From Dehalococcoidia bacterium UBA2777 (GTDB lineage Bacteria > Chloroflexota > Dehalococcoidia > UBA2247 > UBA2777): 32,817 bases of DNA. The DNA is taken from positions 1 through 32,817 of the forward strand of contig DEIJ01000171.1 of NCBI GenBank assembly GCA_002352365.1. The letters are read 5' to 3'. Below the pieces are notes generated by a model, which did no database searches, was not told where the DNA came from, and worked only from the letters and a program-made list of their open reading frames with translations. The translations under genes and the position numbers were made by a program. How positions within the stretch are numbered: position 1 is the first letter of the stretch; each line of letters begins with the position of its first letter. This document shows, one piece after another, positions 7,572-17,157 of this stretch.

Positions 7572-8780
7572 ATGCCTGGTCCCTTAGAAGGCTATAGAGT
7601 TTTGGATTGGACAGTATTTCAGCAAGGGCCAACTGCTGCTGCATTGCTGGCGGACATGGGAGCAGATGTAATCAAGATAGAGCCACCCGCAGGTGAATCT
7701 GGTCGAGGCCTGGGTAAAATACTTGGAATGGATCTGCCCCTGAATTTTTACTATCAAAACCAGAACCGGGGCAAAAGAGGTATTGTCTTAGATATGACAA
7801 AGGAGCGAGGGAGGGGAATCCTCTACAAGCTGGTTGAGAGGTCAGATGTATTTGTTACCAATTATCGCTATGTCCTGGCAAAAAAATATGGCATAGACTA
7901 CGATAATTTGCGCCGATATAACCCCAAGCTCATCTATGCCCTCAGCACAGGCTACGGTTTGCATGGTCCTGATGCCGATCTTCCCTCGGCTGACATTGCT
8001 GGGCAGGCCAGGGGAGGGGTCATGAGCATCTCCTGTGGCACAGAGGATGGAATACCCGCCGCTATTGGAGGAGGCTTTGGTGATGAGGCTGGGGGGCTTG
8101 TCACCGCTTACGGAGTAGTATTGGCCCTCCTGGCACGGGAACGATATGGGGTGGGACAGATGGTGGAAGCTTCCTTGATGGGATCTGTAATTGAGATGTG
8201 TCGCCTTTGGCTGCAATTCTATCTCATCGGTCGTAGGTCAATGCCAGGCTCAGTATTAGGAATGACAAGGAGCAGCGCCCCCCTGTGGAACATGTACAAG
8301 TGCCAAGATGACAAGTGGCTTGTTCTCTCTGTGCTTCAGGTAGGTAAATACTGGGCTCCATTTTGTAAAGCGATGGAGATCGAAGAGCTGACAAAAGAAG
8401 AATTCACCCTTGAAAAGCTGATGTCATTTGAAGTGGCAACTGCATTTGTACTCAAGCTAAGAGAAATATTTGCCACCAAACCGAGGGATGAATGGTTAAA
8501 AGCTCTTGCCAAAGAAGAGGTACCGGCATCACCGGTCAATGAGATGGCTGATTTGGAGAATGATCCCCAGGTGATAGCCAACGAATACATAGTTGAGGTT
8601 GATGATCCTATTTATGGCAAGGTCAAGGTGCCGGGGATCCCGGCGAAGTTAAGTGAGACCCCAGGGAAGGTGAGAAGGCTTGCCCCTGAACTAGGTCAGC
8701 ATACGGAAGAGGTGCTTATGGAGGTTTTGGGCTATACCTGGGATGATCTCGCTAAATTGAGAGAAGAGGGAGTTTACTAA
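7572..8780 (+). CDS. Family III CoA-transferase, copy 2 (paralog of 3652-4866)
   Basis: LEGYRVLDWTVFQQGPTAAALLADMGADVIKIE matches copy 1 at 25 of 33 positions. GFGDEAG contains the candidate catalytic Asp, and LGQHTEEVLMEVLGY follows near the C-terminus. RBS AAAGGAGG precedes ATG 7572. Confidence 0.9.
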   Translation: MPGPLEGYRVLDWTVFQQGPTAAALLADMGADVIKIEPPAGESGRGLGKILGMDLPLNFYYQNQNRGKRGIVLDMTKERGRGILYKLVERSDVFVTNYRYVLAKKYGIDYDNLRRYNPKLIYALSTGYGLHGPDADLPSADIAGQARGGVMSISCGTEDGIPAAIGGGFGDEAGGLVTAYGVVLALLARERYGVGQMVEASLMGSVIEMCRLWLQFYLIGRRSMPGSVLGMTRSSAPLWNMYKCQDDKWLVLSVLQVGKYWAPFCKAMEIEELTKEEFTLEKLMSFEVATAFVLKLREIFATKPRDEWLKALAKEEVPASPVNEMADLENDPQVIANEYIVEVDDPIYGKVKVPGIPAKLSETPGKVRRLAPELGQHTEEVLMEVLGYTWDDLAKLREEGVY

Positions 8781-8834
8781 ACTAAGAATAAGCGAGACAG
8801 CTTCGCTTATCATTTGAGAAAGGAAGGTGAAGCT

Positions 8835-9983
8835 ATGGCCGAAGAGGGTCTGGCAAAGGTAGAAAAAATCTACCAGGATCGAGGTGGTAGGGCTAAAGAA
8901 CTGAGAGCACAAGGGAAGAAAATAATCGGATGCTATTGTTGCTATGCCCCGCCGGAAATCATCACCGCTGCCGGACTTGTTCCCTACAGGATTACCGGCG
9001 ATGTGAAAGAAACTATAAGGGAGGCTGATAGCTATTTAGAGGCCATCATGTGCCCTTTCTGTCGCAACAGCTTCGATATGGCACTGCGGGGGGAATACGA
9101 TTTCCTTGATGGCTTTGTAGTGCCACATACTTGTGATAATATAGTTAAGATATATGATGTGTGGAAGTATAACCTTAAACCACCTTATTCCCACTTCATA
9201 AATGTTCCTCATACCCTATCTGCTGCATCGCTGGAGTTCTTCAAGGCAGAACTAGGCACCTTCCAGAGAAGCATAGAAAGGCTTATTGGCAGGGAAATCT
9301 CCCTCCAGCAGCTTAAGGAGTCGATCAAGCTTCACAATGAGTATAGGGCTTTAGTCAGAGAGCTGTATGAGCTGAGTAAGCCAGACCCTCCCCTCATCTC
9401 TGGCTCAGAGAGGATGAAGGTGCTCCTTGCTGGAACGAGAGTTCCAGTGGAGGAAGCTAACGAACTGCTGCGAAGCGTCATCAGTGAGGTCAAAGAGCGC
9501 CGTGATGTACCCCCCAAGAAGCCTGCCAGGGTGCTGGTTTATGGTCCTGAGATCGATGATGCACCTTTTATTGAGCTAGTCGAGGGGGTTGGAGCTAATG
9601 TGGTTATAGATGATTTGTGCGTTGGTACCAGACCCTATTGGTTTGATGTAGAAATCAATGGCGACCCTTTGGGCGCTATGGCACAAGCCTATTTGGAAAA
9701 AGTCAACTGCCCCCGCACCTACAGACCGAGAACAGCAGGCCGGAAGGAGGATCTAGACAACAGATTCGGATATATCGCCAACTTCGCTAAAGAGTATAAG
9801 GTGAATGGCATCATTCTGCTCATCCTTAATTACTGTGATAATTATGAGTTCGAGTCTGTGGAGGTTAAAGACTACCTTCAGCAGGCTGGCTTTCCTGGGC
9901 TTATCATCGAGGTTGATTACACCTTGATGAGCATCGATTGGCTGAAGACCAGAGTCCAGGCGTTTCTGGAGATGATCAGTTAG
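8835..9983 (+). CDS. 2-hydroxyacyl-CoA dehydratase / benzoyl-CoA reductase BcrBC-BadDE family subunit (HgdB/HadC-like size)
   Basis: The N-terminus KIIGCYCCYAPPEIITAAGLVPYRI, followed by CPFCRN, is typical of the HGD-D family. I placed the start at ATG 8835 because of the RBS AGGAAGGTGA. The product is 382 aa. Confidence 0.8.
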   Translation: MAEEGLAKVEKIYQDRGGRAKELRAQGKKIIGCYCCYAPPEIITAAGLVPYRITGDVKETIREADSYLEAIMCPFCRNSFDMALRGEYDFLDGFVVPHTCDNIVKIYDVWKYNLKPPYSHFINVPHTLSAASLEFFKAELGTFQRSIERLIGREISLQQLKESIKLHNEYRALVRELYELSKPDPPLISGSERMKVLLAGTRVPVEEANELLRSVISEVKERRDVPPKKPARVLVYGPEIDDAPFIELVEGVGANVVIDDLCVGTRPYWFDVEINGDPLGAMAQAYLEKVNCPRTYRPRTAGRKEDLDNRFGYIANFAKEYKVNGIILLILNYCDNYEFESVEVKDYLQQAGFPGLIIEVDYTLMSIDWLKTRVQAFLEMIS

Positions 9984-10030
9984 CAAGTGGCCAAATGGGC
10001 CTCTCAGCCTCAAAAAGGAGAGGAGGGATC

Positions 10031-11362
10031 ATGGAAGAAAAAAAGGGTGGACTATTAGCGGGGATCTATAGTAGAACGATAAAAACAACCGATGCGGCTA
10101 AAAAGGTCCGACCGCTGACTAAGAAGATCAGTCAGCAGGCTCATGAAGCTGCAGCCGAGGGGAAGCCTATAGCCTACTGCTTTATCATGAGCCTACACGA
10201 TGAGATTATAAGAGCCATGGATATAACCCCTATCTGGACTGAGAATTACGCCGCAATCACTGCCGTTAAGAGGCAGGGGGAGCGCTTTATTTCCAGTGCC
10301 CAAGGTGAGGGCTTTCCTCGTAACCTGTGCACCTATTGCACTATCCAAGAAGGATTTGACGTCATGCGTCACCAATTAGGCATGATGCCTCCTGATGCCC
10401 CCGATGGAGGCATGGAAAGGCCTACCATGATGCTGGGCACTGGCATGATGATCTGCGACCCCAGATATAAATCTTACCAAACAGCACAGCGGTACAACGA
10501 TGTTCCAGTACACGTTCATGGCTTGCTGTGGCCCGCTGCCGATGCCAACCTTGCCGAAGTTCAGGATTACTATGTTAAGTATATAGTGGAGGAACTAAGG
10601 GATTTGGTTGACTTCCTGGAGAAGCAGACAGGTAGAAAGATGGATTGGGACCGGCTGAATGAAATCATCGATCTGGCCAACAAGACCTATCAGGTGTGGT
10701 ATGATGCCTATCAGCTCAGAAAGGCAATCCCAGCCCCGATGCCTACAGAGGATGCCATGAGCACTATGGTTCCTGGTTATTTCTGGATGGGGACTCAGGA
10801 AGCCTTTGACTTTTATCAGGACCTATATAATGAGGTGAAATATCGGGTGGATAATAGAATAGGGGTGATCCCTGACGAGAAATACCGCATACTCTGGGCA
10901 GCAGGTCTTCCCCCCTGGTTTGCCCTGGCGATCCTCAACTACTTCGAGAGTTTGGGAGCAGTGTTCCCTATAGAGATCACCTATCATCCTCCGCCACCTG
11001 TGGAAATCCCATCGCATGCCAAGCATCCCTTGGAACGGCTGGCTTGGAGGTTCTTCAAGCAGTGGACCCAAAGGAATGAGGAAGCCCAAAGGCGCAGTGG
11101 GGATCCAATGGTTGAGTGGATGCTGGAGATGATTGAGGATTATAAGATAGATGGAGTACTAGCCCACCGGGCTACGACCTGTAGAACTATCCATGTGGGG
11201 CAAATCCATCAGTTGAATGTGTTAAGGGACTATGTAGATCTACCCATGCTGATCTTAGAAAGTGACATCTGTGATGTCAGTGCCTTCGATGAGGCGGGAA
11301 CCAAGGATAGGATAGATACCTTCGTTGAGACACTGGAGGTCTATAAGAAAAGAAAACAGTAG
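10031..11362 (+). CDS. 2-hydroxyacyl-CoA dehydratase / BcrBC family subunit (HgdA/HadB-like size)
   Basis: PIAYCFIMSLHDEIIRAMDITPIWTENYAA is an HGD-D-like N-terminal region. I placed the start at ATG 10031 because of the RBS AGGAGGAGGGA. The product is 443 aa. The ORF-track extension to 9938 overlaps the previous gene. Confidence 0.8.
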   Translation: MEEKKGGLLAGIYSRTIKTTDAAKKVRPLTKKISQQAHEAAAEGKPIAYCFIMSLHDEIIRAMDITPIWTENYAAITAVKRQGERFISSAQGEGFPRNLCTYCTIQEGFDVMRHQLGMMPPDAPDGGMERPTMMLGTGMMICDPRYKSYQTAQRYNDVPVHVHGLLWPAADANLAEVQDYYVKYIVEELRDLVDFLEKQTGRKMDWDRLNEIIDLANKTYQVWYDAYQLRKAIPAPMPTEDAMSTMVPGYFWMGTQEAFDFYQDLYNEVKYRVDNRIGVIPDEKYRILWAAGLPPWFALAILNYFESLGAVFPIEITYHPPPPVEIPSHAKHPLERLAWRFFKQWTQRNEEAQRRSGDPMVEWMLEMIEDYKIDGVLAHRATTCRTIHVGQIHQLNVLRDYVDLPMLILESDICDVSAFDEAGTKDRIDTFVETLEVYKKRKQ

Positions 11363-11383
11363 GCTGGCGGTAAGCTGAAGTTG

Positions 11384-11425
11384 TAGGGCATACTTCATAA
11401 AGGGGTATGCCCTATTAATTTTTAC
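11384..11425 (+). terminator. Rho-independent terminator ending the acyl-CoA cluster
   Basis: TAGGGCATAC (11384-11393) pairs perfectly with GTATGCCCTA (11405-11414). The stem can be extended inward by C-G and G-U pairs. The following sequence is TTAATTTTTA. Confidence 0.75.
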
Positions 11426-11451
11426 GGCTAAGGTTTTCCCCGTAGGACTTA

Positions 11452-11480
11452 TTGCCCCAGAGGACAATCATCATTATAAT
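11452..11480 (+). promoter_or_regulatory. Sigma70-like promoter for ligA
   Basis: TTGCCC (11452-11457), a 17-nt spacer, then TATAAT (11475-11480). Confidence 0.45.
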
Positions 11481-11524
11481 TTAATTAGCTTGTGGGCAGG
11501 GCAATCGGGTAGTTATAGGAGTAA

Positions 11525-13564
<2,040 letters not shown>

Positions 13565-13567
13565 AAT

Positions 13568-14341
13568 ATGGGCCAAAGATTAAACAATAAGGTAGCCATA
13601 GTCACCGGAGGGGGGCGGGGGATAGGCAGGGGTATTTGCCTGGCATTTGCCTCAGAGGGAGCAAATGTAGTGGTGGACGATATTGACGCCGACCCGGCTG
13701 CCGAGGTAGTCAAAGAGATTGAAAATCTGGGCGGGAAGGCAATCGCGGTTAGGGCCAATGTTCGCCACAGTGAAGAAGTAGAGGAAATGGTCAGAACCAC
13801 CCTGGATAAGTTTGGTCAAATAGATATATTAGTTAATAATGCCGGGATAACTCGAGATATGGCGATGTTTAAGATGACTCCAGATGACTGGAGTGATGTA
13901 GTAGATACCTCCCTTAAAGGAACATTTAATTGCAGCCAAGCGGTTTGCAACTGGATAGTACCTCAGGCGAGAAAGGAGCGGGAGGAGGGCAAGACACCAC
14001 CTTGCCGTAAGATAATCAATGTCACCTCAGGTGCTGGAGTTAGAGGTAATCCCGGGCAGGCCAATTACAGTGCTGCCAAGGCAGGGATTATGGGGCTGAC
14101 TAAGTCCAACGCTAAGGAGTTTGCCCGGCATAATATCCTGGTTAATGCTATCTGTCCGGTCGCCTTGACCCGGATGACACAAGACATGAAAGAGGATTTT
14201 GCCAAACGCATTCCCTTAGGTAGGATAGGTGATCCACAACAAGACATTGCCCCAGTGGTGGTATTTTTGGCCTCTGAGGAGGCCAATTACATCACTGGAC
14301 AAGTCATCCCGGTTAATGGCGGACTGGACATGGCAATCTAA
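13568..14341 (+). CDS. Short-chain dehydrogenase/reductase (FabG-like / 3-hydroxyacyl-CoA dehydrogenase-like)
   Basis: It contains TGGGRGIG, NNAG and the catalytic YSAAK. GNPGQANYSAAKAG and NAICPVALTRMTQ resemble MFE-2-type 3-hydroxyacyl-CoA dehydrogenases as much as FabG. Confidence 0.85.
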   Translation: MGQRLNNKVAIVTGGGRGIGRGICLAFASEGANVVVDDIDADPAAEVVKEIENLGGKAIAVRANVRHSEEVEEMVRTTLDKFGQIDILVNNAGITRDMAMFKMTPDDWSDVVDTSLKGTFNCSQAVCNWIVPQARKEREEGKTPPCRKIINVTSGAGVRGNPGQANYSAAKAGIMGLTKSNAKEFARHNILVNAICPVALTRMTQDMKEDFAKRIPLGRIGDPQQDIAPVVVFLASEEANYITGQVIPVNGGLDMAI

Positions 14342-14408
14342 ACCACACTCAGAGAATTGCATTTTCCTGGGGCTCGATAAACTTGGCAAAGTCTCACCGG
14401 GGATAGTT

Positions 14409-14906
14409 TTAACAGGTGATTTCCATAATGACAAAGTTGTGGCCATCTCTTAGCTGAAATCCACAAGGGGCAAAACCACACTTCTCAAAACACTTCTGCG
14501 CTCTGATATTCTCCTCTAGGGTATGGAGATAAATCCTTCTCAACTTCATCTCCTCAAGCAGATAGTTCACCAAGGCGACTACTGCGTCGGTGCCATAACC
14601 TTTATCCCAATAGGCACGGTCACCGATCATGATGCCTATCTCTGTCTCTCCCTTATATTTGTTGAGGTTATAATACATGCAGTTGCCAATATGCTTGCCA
14701 TCAAGGGTTTCAATAGCAAACCCTCGCCGCTCCAAACTGAGATAGCCAAATTGTTCTGCATAGTTGAGCAAATATTCCCAAAATGGGATAGTAAGCAGCG
14801 AGCTGCCATCAAGGTAGGCAAGCTCGGCATCTTGCTTCCAGGTGTAATCGGCGGCCACATCTTTTAATTGTTTTCCGCGAAGCACCACTTTGTTTCCCCG
14901 CAGCAT
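14409..14906 (-). CDS. GNAT family N-acetyltransferase (RimJ/RimL-like)
   Basis: The motifs IGIMIGDRAYWDKGYGTDAV and ENIRAQKCFEKCGF are typical of the RimJ/RimL-type GNAT fold. I placed the start at ATG 14906, 4 nt after the upstream stop. The ORF-track extension to 15044 overlaps the HEAT-repeat gene. Confidence 0.8.
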   Translation of the reverse strand: MLRGNKVVLRGKQLKDVAADYTWKQDAELAYLDGSSLLTIPFWEYLLNYAEQFGYLSLERRGFAIETLDGKHIGNCMYYNLNKYKGETEIGIMIGDRAYWDKGYGTDAVVALVNYLLEEMKLRRIYLHTLEENIRAQKCFEKCGFAPCGFQLRDGHNFVIMEITC

Positions 14907-14910
14907 GCTT

Positions 14911-15840
14911 CTACTCTCGAAATTCGATGTTGAAGGGAAGAAAATCATCTTCGAATTCTGTCTCCTCTGTAGCTTTCCTGGCCAGGGAAGAGATTTGCTC
15001 ATCGGCACTACCTGAATATGGGTGTAATAGCTGCCTTGCCTCACTCCTCCCTATCTTACCTAAAGCTTCTATAGCGGCACATCGCACTTGACTTTGGGCA
15101 TCAGCGATAAGTCTGCTAAGATGAGGCACAACCTTTTCCTCGCCTAATTCTCCACACGCTCTCACTGCTTCAACACGCACCTCAAGGTGAGGGTTAGTTA
15201 ACTCTTTTAGTAATATTGGAAGCCAATAGGGGTCTGAGTTCCGCCCCATAGCTCGAAGGGCGCTAATCTTTAGATTAAGCTCTCGGCTCCTGTAGGCGCG
15301 ATCAATAACCTCCTTAACTGGGGGCGAACTAAGTGGAGCCACTGCTTCTATAGCACAGCGGCGTAGTTCAACTCTTTCCTGGGGATTATCGATGACTGAG
15401 AATAAAGCCTCGCTGATCTTAGCTACATGCCGGAGGGGCACCTTTCGCAGCTCGGCGAGCAAGGCAAACCTACTTAGTGCACTAGCCGCAGCAGCACGAA
15501 CTGCCTCATCACTATCCTCATTAAGCATCTCAATTAGGAGCCTAATGAGGGTGCAATCTTCACATTCCCATAATCCCTCTATGCCTTTCACCCGAACGAC
15601 TGGATCATGGTCGCGAAGGCAAATCCGGAAGAGGTCATCAAAGTTAAGAGTAACATTTTTCACCGCGAGACGGATGAGTCGCCGAACAATTTGCCTGCGG
15701 CGCTTTACCTCTATTCCCTGCCATACTCCACTAAATAGCTTTAGCTCTTCTGAAGAGAGGTTAGAAAGGGCAGTCAATGTCGCCACCACCACCGGCCTGC
15801 TCGGGTTGCTCAACTCGGCAAGGCATCTCTCTACTACCAA
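14911..15840 (-). CDS. HEAT-repeat (PBS-lyase HEAT-like) protein
   Basis: It shows repeated D/N-P-x-VR-x-x-A-x-x-AL-G units, for example DPVVRVKGIEGL, DEAVRAAAASAL, HLEVRVEAVRACGELG and SQVRCAAIEALGKIG. The start is TTG 15840, and the RBS AAGGGGG overlaps the pmbA stop. Confidence 0.75.
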   Translation of the reverse strand: MVVERCLAELSNPSRPVVVATLTALSNLSSEELKLFSGVWQGIEVKRRRQIVRRLIRLAVKNVTLNFDDLFRICLRDHDPVVRVKGIEGLWECEDCTLIRLLIEMLNEDSDEAVRAAAASALSRFALLAELRKVPLRHVAKISEALFSVIDNPQERVELRRCAIEAVAPLSSPPVKEVIDRAYRSRELNLKISALRAMGRNSDPYWLPILLKELTNPHLEVRVEAVRACGELGEEKVVPHLSRLIADAQSQVRCAAIEALGKIGRSEARQLLHPYSGSADEQISSLARKATEETEFEDDFLPFNIEFRE

Positions 15841-15851
15841 GAACGGCCCCC

Positions 15852-17153
15852 TTAGCTTTTGCTTGTCACTTCCAATTTAGGGCAAAAGATAGCTGGGGTT
15901 GAGATCATGCCCCCAATCCACCTTGTTTCCTTTCCTATGGCAGCAAGTTCACTCAATACCTTATACACATTTCCGGAGACCATGGTGTCTTTTACTCGCC
16001 CTACTATTTCCCCCTTCTCTACTTTATACCCCAGGAGAACATTACCACCAAATTCACCACCGAGGATGTTGGTCTGCTCTGCTCCCATAAGCTGTTCCAC
16101 TACTAATCCCTCCCTTAAATCCTTGACCATGTCCTCAAAGGCAATATCTCCTGGCTCAATAACTAGAGCGGAAACTCGGGGGGCAGGTAAACCGCCACTT
16201 CTATCGCCATTGCCAGTGCTCTGGGTATTGGCTAGGCCAGCAGTTTGAAGGTCATAAAGGAAGCTTTTAACCACTCCATTCTCGATGAGCGACGTGCGTT
16301 GGCTGGGTATACCTTCATCATCACAAGGCCGGCTTCTCGGCTGATAAATGATAGTAGCATCATCCCTTAAGGATAATCTTGGGTCAAAGACCTGCTCAGC
16401 CAACCTATTCCCCAGTGGAGAGGCTCCTTCAAGCACAATCCTGCCGTTGAAGCCTAGCGCCAGCGAGGGGATGAAAGCACTGGCTACTCCATGGGGGGTA
16501 AAGATCACCGGGAGGTATCCTGTAGCCACCGAGGCCTCCTTCTCCGCCAGCTCTAATTGGTTTATCACCGAGCAAGCCAGCTCGTCAACATCCCTGATGG
16601 GATGACATGAGCTTGCCTCGTCGCCAACGAACAGCATATCTGTACCCCGGGTAAGAATGCCTTCAATGGCGATGTCAATTACGCTTTTGTGGTAGCTTGC
16701 CTCACCACCCCGAGTGTTTGATATCTGGACTAAGGCAGTCTCCTTAGCTACCTCTACATCGCAAACCAGCTCCGGGGAATGAGCTCGCAGCCTAGCAATA
16801 AGAGACTCACCTAACTCCACCATCTGCCCTACTGTAACCCCATTTATTTCGGAATCATATACCTCGATCTGAGGATAGAATTGCCTTAAGGGTAATTCGA
16901 ACCGGGCTGAGGCACCAAATTGAGATACCTCTACTGCTCTGTTTACCAGCTCCTGTCTATTATCAAGCCTGGTTGTAATGGCAAAGCCAACCCTTCCCCC
17001 CTTGATAATTCGCAATGCTACCAGTGTCCCCTGATTTGCCTTAAGTTGTTTAAGCCGATTGGCCTCAAAAATGGCTGGTAATTTCTCATAAGAGGTAAAG
17101 AAAACCTCTGCCTCAGCTCCAGCCCTCTTGGCCAAAGATAGGATTTTCTCCAA
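15852..17153 (-). CDS. pmbA: TldE/PmbA metalloprotease-modulator family protein
   Basis: Similarity to the PmbA/TldE family runs throughout, and the protein lacks the HExxxH motif, as expected for the E subunit. The start is uncertain. I chose TTG 17153, which has GGGGGG upstream and lies 4 nt after the tldD stop. ATG 17204 and the ORF-track start 17249 would overlap tldD. Confidence 0.8.
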   Translation of the reverse strand: MEKILSLAKRAGAEAEVFFTSYEKLPAIFEANRLKQLKANQGTLVALRIIKGGRVGFAITTRLDNRQELVNRAVEVSQFGASARFELPLRQFYPQIEVYDSEINGVTVGQMVELGESLIARLRAHSPELVCDVEVAKETALVQISNTRGGEASYHKSVIDIAIEGILTRGTDMLFVGDEASSCHPIRDVDELACSVINQLELAEKEASVATGYLPVIFTPHGVASAFIPSLALGFNGRIVLEGASPLGNRLAEQVFDPRLSLRDDATIIYQPRSRPCDDEGIPSQRTSLIENGVVKSFLYDLQTAGLANTQSTGNGDRSGGLPAPRVSALVIEPGDIAFEDMVKDLREGLVVEQLMGAEQTNILGGEFGGNVLLGYKVEKGEIVGRVKDTMVSGNVYKVLSELAAIGKETRWIGGMISTPAIFCPKLEVTSKS

Positions 17154-17157
17154 TTCA

